A DNA stretch of 64,000 nucleotides from Acetomicrobium hydrogeniformans (GCA_016841745.1 JAENYO010000004.1:82026-146025); one strand, 5' to 3'; counted from the first letter of the stretch, positions 1 through 9,650 are shown. The notes: generated by a model from the sequence alone, not told the origin. Numbers and translations: made by a program.

Positions 1-975
1 TATGGCATGGGCGGCGCATATCTTCACACATTCCCCGCACCCTATGCATTTGTTCGGGTCCTGTACGGGGCGGGATATCATGGTATTTCCAAAGAATTTA
101 AGGAAGCCGGGCAGCACGTGAAGGCTGTCGAGACGGGGTATATCCACTCCTTCAATTACGGAGAGGGGATCCAGATCTCCCCTGTAAAGCACTTCTTTGA
201 GGTCGGTCTGGCCTATATTTCTGCGTTTTGCCTCCCGGTAAAGGGGGAAGTCCTCCAGGGGCACACCGAGTATTCTGCAGATGGAGCAGTCCAGGGCTAC
301 GGCATCTGTTGAAGCAGCCAGGATCCCGAAGTTGCGGGGGTATCCGCTTCCGGGTCCGTGTCCTTCCATTCCCCAGATCCCGTCGAGAATTGTGATGACT
401 GGCCTTATAGCCTGGTATATGTCCAGATGAAGGGATGCAAAGATGTCCCTGTCCAGGCCCACCTTGTAGTGCCACTCCGCCTTTCTCTGGGCAACGACTG
501 TTCCGAAAAGGTTCTTTACTCCCAGGGTGAGAAGCATCTGGGCATGGGTCTTGAGCTTGGGAATGTTTATTACTTTATCTGCCTCAAGGACCTTTGAGGA
601 TATCTCTATGTTTTTAAACCTTGCATTTTCATTTCCGGGTACAGGTACCGGGCTGTCCAGCTCCATTACGGGTATACCCAGTTCCTCTCCTGTTTCAGCT
701 ATGCCTGAGGCTTTAGCAACCTGCGGAAATGGCTCTATTCCAGGACTGTCACCTATAAAAGGCTTTGCGCCGCAGTCGAGTACCATGCGGGCAATGATCC
801 TTACCACCATGGGATCGGTGGTTATTCTTTTTGCGACAGGCCTGGCCGACAGCATGTTCGGTTTGAGGAGAACCCTGTCTCCGGGTCTGATAAGGGAATC
901 CATCCCTCCAAGTTCCTGGAGAAGTTTTTCCATGGAGACTTCAAGTTCCTTTTCGGAGTAAGTTCTCTGCGACAT
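1..975 (-). CDS. DUF362-domain protein with ferredoxin-type CxxCxxC motif (C-terminus runs off the window)
   Basis: This gene is absent from the supplied ORF track because it is edge-truncated. My own minus-strand translation starts at the ATG at 975-973: MSQRTYSEKELEVSMEKLLQELGGMDSLIRPGDRVLLKPNMLSA...NIPKLKTHAQMLLTLGVKNLFG...ILDGIWGMEGHGPGSG...NKCIGCGECVKICAAHAI. The frame is open for all 325 codons down to position 1. The KPN, KLKTH and MEGxGPxxG motifs fit DUF362. Confidence 0.8.
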   Translation of the reverse strand, partial: MSQRTYSEKELEVSMEKLLQELGGMDSLIRPGDRVLLKPNMLSARPVAKRITTDPMVVRIIARMVLDCGAKPFIGDSPGIEPFPQVAKASGIAETGEELGIPVMELDSPVPVPGNENARFKNIEISSKVLEADKVINIPKLKTHAQMLLTLGVKNLFGTVVAQRKAEWHYKVGLDRDIFASLHLDIYQAIRPVITILDGIWGMEGHGPGSGYPRNFGILAASTDAVALDCSICRILGVPLEDFPLYREAKRRNIGQTDLKEVLYRGDLDPLSVIEGVDIPRLDSLHVLPGFLKFFGNTMISRPVQDPNKCIGCGECVKICAAHAI

Positions 976-1091
976 CAGTGCTACTGTGGACAAAGGGTAT
1001 CCCTCCTCTATGGCCTTATTCTATACCAGGTCATACCGGCACTCCAGCTTTTATGTTATTCTAATTCCGGACTTTAAATGGTATTGCATGA

Positions 1092-1649
1092 ATGGATAAA
1101 TACAGGTGTCCCGATGGAGAGGGGGGTAGGACTGTGACTTCGGATGAGCGTAGAGTTTCCATAATGGAGCTGTTGAAAACAAGGGGCAGGTGCATGAAGG
1201 GGATAGAGCTTGCAGAGATCTTCAATGTGAGCAGGCAGGTCATTGTTCAAGATATCGCTGTTCTTCGAGCTTCGGGCGAGGCTATAATCGCCACCCCAAC
1301 GGGCTACTTTGTTACTCCTCCCAGGGAGAGCGTTTCTCTCAGAAAGACCATTGTAACGAAACATGAAGGGGTGGATTCCATTGAAGAGGAACTTGTCACC
1401 ATAGTGGACAATGGAGGAAAGATCCTCGATGTGATAGTGGAGCACCCAGTCTACGGAGAGATAAGGGGAAACCTCATGGTGGGCACCAGGTACGATGTGG
1501 AGCAGTTCATGAAGAAGGTAAGGGAAGACAGGGCAGAACCACTTTCATCCCTCACGGAGGGACTGCATCTTCACACCATTGAAGTTCCCGATGAGGAAAC
1601 CTATGAACGTATTCTCCGGGAACTGAAAAAAAGAAACTACTTGATATAA
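1092..1649 (+). CDS. niaR: NiaR-type (HTH + 3H domain) niacin-responsive transcriptional repressor
   Basis: The N-terminus has an HTH (ERRVSIMELLKTRGRCMKGIELAEIFNVSRQVIVQDIAVLRASG). The C-terminus has a 3H-type domain (VEHPVYGEIRGNL...GLHLHTIE). The true start is probably the GTG near 1134, behind GGAGAGGGGGG. Confidence 0.8.
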   Translation: MDKYRCPDGEGGRTVTSDERRVSIMELLKTRGRCMKGIELAEIFNVSRQVIVQDIAVLRASGEAIIATPTGYFVTPPRESVSLRKTIVTKHEGVDSIEEELVTIVDNGGKILDVIVEHPVYGEIRGNLMVGTRYDVEQFMKKVREDRAEPLSSLTEGLHLHTIEVPDEETYERILRELKKRNYLI

Positions 1650-1728
1650 AACTCATAGACTGGTATATTTTTTTAACTGTTGGTGACAAGACAGCTGTAA
1701 AGTCATTTATATTTCCGAGGAGGTCCTC

Positions 1729-2751
1729 ATGACAGGCAAAACAGTAAAGTCCTTTGAAATCCAGGATTATGTAGTAAAGGTTCTGAATGGAATGGCCCTT
1801 GGCCTTTTTTCTTCGCTTATCATCGGCCTGATAATAAAACAGATAGCAAATTACACCGGTTTCGAGATGGCTGCTTCCTTTGGCCAGGTTGCCCAGTACA
1901 TGATGGGTCCTGCCATTGGTGCCGGTGTTGCCTACAGCGTGGGTGCTTCACCCCTGGGGATATTCGCTTCCATAATCACGGGAGCCATCGGAGCGGGTAC
2001 CATAGGTCTTGGTGGAGGTGCACCCACTCTCCATATTGGTGAGCCCATGGGGGCCCTTATCGCTTCTCTTACGGGAGCCGAGATCTCAAAGCTTATTCGG
2101 GGGAGGACCAAGGTGGATATAGTCCTGGTGCCAGCGGGAACAATTCTCGCAGGGGGATTGGCCGGCGTATATGCCGGGCCGTGGATAGCGGATCTCATGT
2201 ATTTCCTGGGAAACGTCATAAACATGGCCACCAGGCTCCACCCACTGCCCATGGGTATCCTTGTTTCGGTGATGATGGGGATGATCCTCACCCTTCCTAT
2301 AAGCAGTGCGGCCCTGGCTATTTCCCTTGGACTGAGCGGTCTGGCCGCCGGTGCGGCCACGGTGGGGTGTTCATGCCAGATGATCGGTTTTGCCGTTCAG
2401 AGCTATCGTGAAAATGGGCCGGGAGGTCTTATATCCCAGGGCCTTGGCACTTCCATGATCCAGATCCCGAATATAGTTAAAAATCCCTGGATATGGGTGC
2501 CCCCGACCCTGAGTTCCGCCATACTCGGGCCCTTTGCCACCCTGCTTTTCAGGATGGAGAACAACAAGATAGGGGCGGGAATGGGCACCAGCGGACTGGT
2601 GGGGCAGTTCGGTACCCTTGCCGTTATGGGTTCAAAGGCCTGGACGGGTATTATCCTTCTTCATTTCGTCCTCCCCGCCCTTCTCACCCTGTTCTTTTCC
2701 GAGTATATGAGGAAAAAGGGATTGATCAAGGCGGGGGATCTGTCTTTATAG
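1729..2751 (+). CDS. Polytopic membrane protein, PTS-EIIC-like (EIIC_2-type) putative transporter
   Basis: 340 aa, Gly/Ala-rich, about 9-10 predicted TM segments (LNGMALGLFSSLIIGLIIKQI...). There is an AGGAGG RBS before the ATG. It lies directly downstream of niaR. Confidence 0.6.
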   Translation: MTGKTVKSFEIQDYVVKVLNGMALGLFSSLIIGLIIKQIANYTGFEMAASFGQVAQYMMGPAIGAGVAYSVGASPLGIFASIITGAIGAGTIGLGGGAPTLHIGEPMGALIASLTGAEISKLIRGRTKVDIVLVPAGTILAGGLAGVYAGPWIADLMYFLGNVINMATRLHPLPMGILVSVMMGMILTLPISSAALAISLGLSGLAAGAATVGCSCQMIGFAVQSYRENGPGGLISQGLGTSMIQIPNIVKNPWIWVPPTLSSAILGPFATLLFRMENNKIGAGMGTSGLVGQFGTLAVMGSKAWTGIILLHFVLPALLTLFFSEYMRKKGLIKAGDLSL

Positions 2752-4326
2752 GATGGAGGGCCATCCCTCCAGTTTTCCGTAGCTTACGGTGCCGCCCACC
2801 ATGGTGAGGAGCGGTTTTACATACCTTAATGTATGGGGGGGTGCGGCTGTTATATCCCTGTCGAGAATTACAAGGTCGGCAGCATAGCCCTTCTTCAGCA
2901 TACCGAAGCGGGAGGAAAGGCCAATGGCCTTCCATGGGTTGGAGGTGAAGAGGGGCAGCGTTTCCTCCAGAGTGAGTTTCTGGTCCGGTTTCCATCCTCC
3001 CTCGGGAGATCCCGTTTCATCTGTCCTGTTGAGGGCTGCCCAGATCCCCCGAAAGGGGTCCGTCGATTCCACGGGGGCATCGCTCGATCCGGTGAGTAGA
3101 AGTCCTGCTTTTATAAGGTCCTTCCAGGCGTAGGCCCAGGGTTCCCTTTCCATCCCCAGTCTCTGGCCGGCTATGGAGATATCGCTGGGTACAAAACCGG
3201 GTTGTATGTCGCATATGGCCTGCAGTTTTTTTAGAGCCTCCATCTGCCCGGGGCGGCATATCTGCACATGGACGATCCTGTGGCGAAGGTTGGAAGTGCT
3301 CTGGGGACCATGGGCATAGGCATATCCCAATCCTTCAATAAACTGGTCAATGGCAGCATCTCCAATGGCATGTACCTGGACCTGAATATTTCTCGAGTGC
3401 ATTTCCAGCATACGTTCCCGGACCTCTTCGGCAGTATGGTTGAGGACCCCCATGTTACCGGGCTGATCCTCATAGGGCAGGGTAAGGGCGGCGGTCCTTC
3501 CTCCCAGGGAGCCGTCAAGGAACATCTTGTAACCTCCGTAGCGGATCCAGTCGTCTCCATCCCCGCTCTCTAAGCCCGGTTCGGGCAGGTCATCAGTGTA
3601 ATAGATCACTCTCAGGGGGAGTTTCTCTTCTTCTTTCAGTTTCCGGTATATATCCATATCTTCCTCAAGCCCGTAGGAAGTGCATCCGCATGTGTGGACG
3701 CAGGTCAGACCCTGGGATGCCATTTTCAGGCATGTGCGGTGCAGGGCATCTTTCATTCTGGAGGGATTGTACATCTGAAGCTGCATCTGTTCGGTTATCT
3801 TTGACGCCTGATCTTCATAAAGGACATCTATATTAGCAGGAAGGCCGACCTTTTTAAGAGCAAGAGAGTTGGCCACATGGATATGGGCACAGACCCTTAC
3901 CAGCACCACTGGGTTATCCAGGTTCAGTCCGTCGAGATCCTGCCTTGTGGGAAGCCTTTTTTCGGGCCAGGAAGAGTCATCGAACCTCACTCCATATATC
4001 CATTCCCCGGGGTTGAGGCGGGATGCTTTTTCTCTTATGATCTCCAGCATTTCCTTCAGGGACGATGCTTCATTCAACGAAAGGGCCTCCATCTGTTTTG
4101 CCACGGAAGCAAGGTGGAGGTGGGAATCTGTGAGCCCCGGGATAAGGGTGTTTCCTTCCAGATCGATCTTCAGGGCTCCTGCAGCTCCCGGATGACAATT
4201 CACTTCATCGGAACTGCCGATGCAGGCTATCCTGTTTTCCGAGATGATCATGGATCCCGCAAGAGGGGCTTCAGGGTTTCCTGTAAGAATGGTCCCGCCG
4301 GAGATAAGAAGATCTTTATAATACAT
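2746..4326 (-). CDS. Amidohydrolase-3 family metal-dependent hydrolase (YtcJ-like)
   Basis: 526 aa. The N-terminal beta-sandwich is followed by the LIPGLTDSHLHL metal motif, with VQVHAIGD and GSSDAP motifs downstream. It is divergent from the IclR gene. Confidence 0.85.
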   Translation of the reverse strand: MYYKDLLISGGTILTGNPEAPLAGSMIISENRIACIGSSDEVNCHPGAAGALKIDLEGNTLIPGLTDSHLHLASVAKQMEALSLNEASSLKEMLEIIREKASRLNPGEWIYGVRFDDSSWPEKRLPTRQDLDGLNLDNPVVLVRVCAHIHVANSLALKKVGLPANIDVLYEDQASKITEQMQLQMYNPSRMKDALHRTCLKMASQGLTCVHTCGCTSYGLEEDMDIYRKLKEEEKLPLRVIYYTDDLPEPGLESGDGDDWIRYGGYKMFLDGSLGGRTAALTLPYEDQPGNMGVLNHTAEEVRERMLEMHSRNIQVQVHAIGDAAIDQFIEGLGYAYAHGPQSTSNLRHRIVHVQICRPGQMEALKKLQAICDIQPGFVPSDISIAGQRLGMEREPWAYAWKDLIKAGLLLTGSSDAPVESTDPFRGIWAALNRTDETGSPEGGWKPDQKLTLEETLPLFTSNPWKAIGLSSRFGMLKKGYAADLVILDRDITAAPPHTLRYVKPLLTMVGGTVSYGKLEGWPSIL

Positions 4327-4467
4327 TGGAGTTCCCCCTTCAGGGTTTCGTGAAGATCAGTCTGGATAAACCGGATCTTTGCAGTTTGTCTCTATTTATA
4401 GTATACCTAATGGTGATTTCTTTACAATTTACGCTGCTATTTACGCTGCAGCAGGGGAGGTCATGAT

Positions 4468-5220
4468 TTGTCGAGTGTTAACAAGGCCCTTCAGATATTG
4501 AGGAAACTTGGAGAACCGCCCTACGAGTATTCCCTTACAGAGCTTTCTGGAGAACTGGGTTTGTCCAGGAGTAACCTTTTCAAGATCCTCAGGGACCTGG
4601 AAAACAATTTTTTTGTTATCAAGGCCCCTTCTTCGAAAAAATACCATCTTGGTCCCATAAATCTCAGGCTTGGAAGGGTTTACAGCAGGCTTGTGGGGTT
4701 TAACGAGATCGCAAAGCCGGTTCTGAAAAATCTTTGCGAAATAATCGGCGAGACCGTATATACCTGTATCTGGGAGGGAGACAGGGTAGTGGTCCTGGAC
4801 AAGGAAACCTGCCAGGGGAGCCTCTACGACAAGAATGATTTTATCGGTAAAAGCCTTCCCGTAAACTGCGGATCTTCCGGAAAACTGTTATTTGCATACA
4901 GGGAACCCGAAAAAATACCCCTTCTTATCAGGAATTTACCACTGCAGAAAAGGACTGAAAACACCCTTATGGATGTGGATCAGCTCCTCAAGGAGTACGC
5001 CGATATAAGGAAAAAGGGCTATTCCTTCGAGGATGAGACCTTCGACAGGGGAGTTATCGGGCTGTCTGTTCCCATTTTTTCCAAGAACGGTGAAGTTACC
5101 TTCTGTCTTTCCATGAATGCGGAGAAAACGGAGAAAAATCTTGACAGGGTACCCTTCTGGCTGCGAAACCTTCAGACCGCTGCCGAAAATATCTCCTATC
5201 ATCTACAGTTCAGATACTGA
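4468..5220 (+). CDS. IclR-family transcriptional regulator
   Basis: 250 aa with a wHTH (LTELSGELGLSRSNLFKILRDLENNFFV) and an IclR effector domain. The start is TTG, 7 nt after GGGGAGG. Confidence 0.85.
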   Translation: MSSVNKALQILRKLGEPPYEYSLTELSGELGLSRSNLFKILRDLENNFFVIKAPSSKKYHLGPINLRLGRVYSRLVGFNEIAKPVLKNLCEIIGETVYTCIWEGDRVVVLDKETCQGSLYDKNDFIGKSLPVNCGSSGKLLFAYREPEKIPLLIRNLPLQKRTENTLMDVDQLLKEYADIRKKGYSFEDETFDRGVIGLSVPIFSKNGEVTFCLSMNAEKTEKNLDRVPFWLRNLQTAAENISYHLQFRY

Positions 5221-5283
5221 GTATTCTTAATCTTCCATGGTTCAGCAGGGGAGTGTACCCGGACAGTAAAAAACTGCCGTAAG

Positions 5284-5340
5284 TTTTCCATATAGGAAAA
5301 AGGTTTTTTTACTTGACAAAAAGTGTCTATATATTAAGAT
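5284..5340 (+). promoter_or_regulatory. Candidate kamA promoter (TTGACA-16-TAAGAT) preceded by inverted repeat TTTTCC-ATATA-GGAAAA
   Basis: The inverted repeat is at 5284-5300. TTGACA is at 5313-5318 and TAAGAT at 5335-5340. The element sits between the IclR gene and kamA. Confidence 0.4.
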
Positions 5341-5403
5341 AATTCTGATAAGATGGAATTATCCTGGAGAAATTCTATTTTATTTTAACAAGGGGAGGAA
5401 AGT

Positions 5404-6681
5404 ATGATGCAGAAATATCGAGACAGGCGGTCAGTACCCATGTGGAAGGATGTTTCAGATGAAGACTGGAACAGCTGGAAATGGCAGATAGCCAACAGGA
5501 TAACCTCTGTGGAGAAACTAAGGCAGGTTATCAATATTTCAGATGAAGAGGCAGCGGTCATCGATAAAAGCCTGAACAGGCTCCGTATGGCCATAACTCC
5601 CTATTACGCTTCCCTCATGGATCCCGATGATCCGACCTGTCCTGTGCGTATGCAGGCTGTCCCGACGGTATCAGAAACTCATATAGCGGATTCGGACATT
5701 TGCGATCCCCTACACGAGGATGTGGATTCTCCCGTTCCAGGATTGACCCATCGTTATCCCGACAGGGGCCTTCTCCTTGTTACGGACCAGTGCTCCATGT
5801 ACTGCAGGCACTGTACCAGGAGGAGACATGCGGGAGAAACCGACAGGGCCTATTCACAGGAACAGATAGCTAAATGCATTGAATATGTGAAAAATACTCC
5901 CACATTCCGTGATGTTCTCCTTTCAGGAGGAGATCCATTCACCATTGATGAAGACCTTCTTGAATGGACCATTGCAGAGCTTTCGGCCATTCCCCATGTT
6001 GATTTTGTCCGTATAGGGACAAGGACTCCCGTGGTGTGTCCCCAGAGAGTGACGAAGAAGCTGTGCAGCATGCTTAAAAAATATCATCCCCTATGGATCA
6101 ATGTCCATTTCAACCATCCCAAGGAAATAACTCCGGAATCCACAAGGGCATGCAATATGCTGGCAGATGCAGGTGTGCCCCTCGGGAACCAGTCTGTTCT
6201 TCTTAAAGGCGTAAACGACTGTCCCCTCATCTTCAGGGAACTGAATCAGCAGCTGCTGAAAATAAGGGTAAGACCCTACTACATTTACCAGTGTGACCTT
6301 TCCGAGGGAATTGAGCATTTCAGGACTTCCATCGGCAAGGGTATCGAGATAATCGAGTTCCTCAGGGGCCATACCTCCGGCCTTGCTGTACCTTATTTCA
6401 TAGTGGATGCTCCAGGCGGCGGCGGCAAGATCCCCGTAATGCCCAACTACATCGTGTCCAGATCCGACAGGACGGTCCTTCTCAGGAATTACGAGGGTGT
6501 CATTACCACCTACAAGGAGCCGGAGGATAACCTGAGCAGGCCTGAAGAACTTTATCATCACGAAGAATATGTGGAGCGCCAGAAGGCTCTGTCCAACGAG
6601 GGACTGATCAAACTCTTCAATGGCCAGGAACTTTCCCTTGAACCATCCCATCTCGACCGGCACGAAAGGAACAAAAAATAA
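5404..6681 (+). CDS. kamA: L-lysine 2,3-aminomutase (radical SAM, PLP)
   Basis: 425 aa, near-collinear with my recollection of clostridial KamA. Shared motifs include WNSWKWQIANRI, LRMAITPYY, PLHEDVDSPVPGLTHRYPDR, the CSMYCRHCTRRR radical-SAM cluster motif, RPYYIYQCDLSEGIEHFRT and VDAPGGGGK. Confidence 0.95.
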   Translation: MMQKYRDRRSVPMWKDVSDEDWNSWKWQIANRITSVEKLRQVINISDEEAAVIDKSLNRLRMAITPYYASLMDPDDPTCPVRMQAVPTVSETHIADSDICDPLHEDVDSPVPGLTHRYPDRGLLLVTDQCSMYCRHCTRRRHAGETDRAYSQEQIAKCIEYVKNTPTFRDVLLSGGDPFTIDEDLLEWTIAELSAIPHVDFVRIGTRTPVVCPQRVTKKLCSMLKKYHPLWINVHFNHPKEITPESTRACNMLADAGVPLGNQSVLLKGVNDCPLIFRELNQQLLKIRVRPYYIYQCDLSEGIEHFRTSIGKGIEIIEFLRGHTSGLAVPYFIVDAPGGGGKIPVMPNYIVSRSDRTVLLRNYEGVITTYKEPEDNLSRPEELYHHEEYVERQKALSNEGLIKLFNGQELSLEPSHLDRHERNKK

Positions 6682-6691
6682 AGCATAAGAG

Positions 6692-7945
6692 GTGGATTAT
6701 CCGTTAAGGGAGGAAGCTTTGAAGGATCCCACAGGGAAAATAGCTGAGACATGCATCAGCCGGGAAAGGGTAATATCCCTTCTTGGTGACCTTGTGAAGA
6801 TACGGAGTCCCTACTTTTCCGAAAAGGACATAATGGATTTCACTCATAGCTGGCTTGAAGCCAGGGGAATTCCTGTCCATTTCCACCACTTTCACGAAAA
6901 GAAGATATGCGATTTCAGGGGAACAAACGTGATAGGGTCCATCGAAGGTGATTCGGTGGGCCCCACGGTTCTTCTCAACGGACATCTCGATACGGTAAAG
7001 CTCTGTGACGGATGGACCAGGGACCCCTACGGATGCGAGATGGAGGGGGACCGCATGTATGGTCTAGGCACCTGTGATATGAAGTCAGGCTGTGCCGCCC
7101 TTATGCTCGCCATTGAAGCCTTCCTTTGCAATACTGAAAATTTCTCAGGAAAGATAGTCTACAGTTTTGTCTGTGATGAAGAGGGACCCTTCGGCCTTGG
7201 GACGGATGCCCTCATCCTCGATGGCATAATTAACGATTCCATGGATGTCGCTGTAATAACCGAGCCCAGCAGTTCCTTTGCCCATGATCCCTATCCCAGC
7301 CTCAGTCTCGGAGCCAGGGGCGGCTGGAATTACAGGGTTCATGTCAGAGGCAGGTCATCCCACGGAGCTCAGCCGGAACTCGGAATAAATGCCATAAGCG
7401 AGGCTGCCAGGATCCTTCTGGAACTTGAAAAGACAGAACTTCCCATCCATGAAAAACTTGGTCCCGGATCCATATGCTGTATCGATTTTGAGGGAGGAGG
7501 AGCAGCTCTTTCCGTTCCGGATACGGCCTCCTTTTCAGTGTTCAGACATGTTACGGTTGGAGAGGACAAGGAAAACATCCTGGCTGAGGTTCAGGATGCA
7601 GTAAGAAGAGCCCATATACAGGGCCAGGCTTCCATCAGTTTCCGGGAAGCCCCCCACCCCCAATGTGACGGATTCCCTGCCTATGTTGTTCCCGAAGAAA
7701 ATCCCTTCGTACACATCATGAAAGAGTCCATTAAATCCACAACAGGAAAACTACCGGTCATTGATTATTTCAGCAGTGTTGGAGATTTCTGTTACACAGG
7801 AGGACGTCTTCATATTCCTACCCTGGTAACCGGACCCCAGGGGGGGAACTTCCATTCTGCTGATGAATACGTAAATATAAGTACCGTTGAGTCGACAGCA
7901 AAGGTCGTACTGGAGTTTCTGACCCGGACTTTGAGTGCCCGGTAA
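6692..7945 (+). CDS. M20-family metallo-deacylase/peptidase (ArgE/DapE/YodQ-like)
   Basis: It has the NGHLDTV and GLGTCDMKSG motifs and a dimerisation domain. The likely true start is TTG at 6719, 6 nt after AAGGGAGG. Confidence 0.85.
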   Translation: MDYPLREEALKDPTGKIAETCISRERVISLLGDLVKIRSPYFSEKDIMDFTHSWLEARGIPVHFHHFHEKKICDFRGTNVIGSIEGDSVGPTVLLNGHLDTVKLCDGWTRDPYGCEMEGDRMYGLGTCDMKSGCAALMLAIEAFLCNTENFSGKIVYSFVCDEEGPFGLGTDALILDGIINDSMDVAVITEPSSSFAHDPYPSLSLGARGGWNYRVHVRGRSSHGAQPELGINAISEAARILLELEKTELPIHEKLGPGSICCIDFEGGGAALSVPDTASFSVFRHVTVGEDKENILAEVQDAVRRAHIQGQASISFREAPHPQCDGFPAYVVPEENPFVHIMKESIKSTTGKLPVIDYFSSVGDFCYTGGRLHIPTLVTGPQGGNFHSADEYVNISTVESTAKVVLEFLTRTLSAR

Positions 7946-8106
7946 ACTCTCGGAAAGGAGAGGAACAGGATCACAGAGGGGACGGACATCCTGGTCTTTC
8001 GGGCTGTGTGGTGCGTTGCTTGAGTGTTGTTGTGTTTCCCTTTTACGGTTTTCCAGGGTATTGAAGGGAAGACAGGTAAAGGGACTGGAAAGGAGGAGAA
8101 GAGATC

Positions 8107-9597
8107 GTGAAGCTTCATCTGCTTGATGTCATCGTCGTTATCCTCTACTTTATTTCCCTTATCTCTATAGGATACTACATCATGAAACAGGCTACGGTAA
8201 ATAAGGAGAATGAGTCCTTCCTCGCTGCAGACAGGAATATGGGACTCATCAGGACCACCGGTTCTTCTGCCGCAACGGATCTTGGCGGAGGTTTCAGTAT
8301 TGCCATGGGAGGGCTCGGTTTCAGCATGGGGATCTCAGGATCCTGGCTTATAGGCGTTTCCGGACTAAGTGCCGTGCTGGCAGGTCTTTTTCTAGCCCCG
8401 AAGCTCAAACGCTGGTCGGACAAGGTCATGGGGCTCACTACGGGTGACCTTTTTGAATCCCGTTTTGACAAAAAAACAGGTCTGGTGGCGGCCCTGCTAA
8501 TAGGTCTTGCATGGTGGACCTTTGTGGGAGGACAGGTAATAGCCGGGGCAAAACTGGTTTCCGGTACTATCGGGCTAAGCGTGTCCACTACCATAATGAT
8601 AGCCGGGGCGATAATACTGGCCTATACTTCCATGGGCGGTCTGAAGGCTGTTATCACCCTCGATGTTTATCAGCTTGTAGTCCTTTTTACAGGAGTTATC
8701 TTTATCCTTGTGCCAATAGGTTTATCAAAGGTGGGCGGCCCCACTGCACTTTTCGAACAGCTGAGGGCAAACCCGGATACAGCGGGTCTTACAGAATGGG
8801 GAGCCGTGGGATGGAAGACGGCCATCGGCTGGTTCCTTTCCATCTTCCCGGTCTGGTTCATCTCCATAGCCACGTTCCAGAGGGTTATAGCAGCCAAGGA
8901 TGTGAAGACTGCAAAATGGGGCATCTTCCTTACAGGTTTTCCCATTGAATGGCCCCTTTTCGCAATAGGAATGACCCTGGTAGGGCTTCTGGCCCATTTG
9001 CTTGTTCCGGGGTTACAGGACGCAGAACTTGCTACCCCCACAATGATAGTTACCCTCCTTCCCGTGGGTCTGGCGGGTCTTGTAGTTGCTGCTTACATGG
9101 CTGCTGTCCTTTCAACGGCCGACTCCTGCCTGATGGGTTCAGTTGCTATTTTCACGAATGATATTTACAGAAAACGGATGAACCCCAAGGCCACCGACAA
9201 ACAGCTTATGAGGGTAAACAGGCTTGCTGTCCTTATCATGGGTGCATTTGCCATCGGTCTGGCCTACAAGATACCCAGGGTCATAGACCTGGTTATGTAT
9301 GCCTACACCTTCGGTGCAGGCGGATTATTCTTCCCCATGCTTGCTCTTCTGTTCTGGAGGAGGGCTACGGCCACTGGTGCTTTCTGGAGCATCCTTCTTG
9401 GGGGAGGTTCTTCACTTGTATGGTCCCTGATGGGCGATCCAGGCGGATTCTCCGGTTCCTATATCGGCTGGGCGGTATCTTTCATTGCCATTGTGGGCAT
9501 ATCCCTTATGACAGAGCATAGCCCGGATGAGCAGGTGGAACTCTTTTTTGAGGAAGATAAGGTGAGCGTAAGGACACAGAAAGGCGCTGCCGATTGA
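8107..9597 (+). CDS. Sodium:solute symporter family (SSF) transporter
   Basis: 496 aa with about 13 TM segments and SSF-like N-terminal organisation. The GTG start follows an AGGAGG. Confidence 0.8.
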   Translation: MKLHLLDVIVVILYFISLISIGYYIMKQATVNKENESFLAADRNMGLIRTTGSSAATDLGGGFSIAMGGLGFSMGISGSWLIGVSGLSAVLAGLFLAPKLKRWSDKVMGLTTGDLFESRFDKKTGLVAALLIGLAWWTFVGGQVIAGAKLVSGTIGLSVSTTIMIAGAIILAYTSMGGLKAVITLDVYQLVVLFTGVIFILVPIGLSKVGGPTALFEQLRANPDTAGLTEWGAVGWKTAIGWFLSIFPVWFISIATFQRVIAAKDVKTAKWGIFLTGFPIEWPLFAIGMTLVGLLAHLLVPGLQDAELATPTMIVTLLPVGLAGLVVAAYMAAVLSTADSCLMGSVAIFTNDIYRKRMNPKATDKQLMRVNRLAVLIMGAFAIGLAYKIPRVIDLVMYAYTFGAGGLFFPMLALLFWRRATATGAFWSILLGGGSSLVWSLMGDPGGFSGSYIGWAVSFIAIVGISLMTEHSPDEQVELFFEEDKVSVRTQKGAAD

Positions 9598-9620
9598 TAT
9601 CCAATAAAGGTGTGTGATCT

Positions 9621-9650
9621 AAAGGCTGCTTCCATAAGGGAGCAGCCTTT
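9621..9650. terminator. Bidirectional hairpin between convergent genes
   Basis: AAAGGCTGCT-tccataaggg-AGCAGCCTTT gives a perfect 10-bp stem, extendable, flanked by A and T runs. Confidence 0.7.

Noticed and set aside
7-961. Plus-strand ORFs 7..312, 358..597 and 527..961 listed in the track.
   Set aside because: All are antisense to, or out of frame with, the uninterrupted 325-codon DUF362/ferredoxin reading frame on the minus strand. The track omits that frame because it crosses the window edge.
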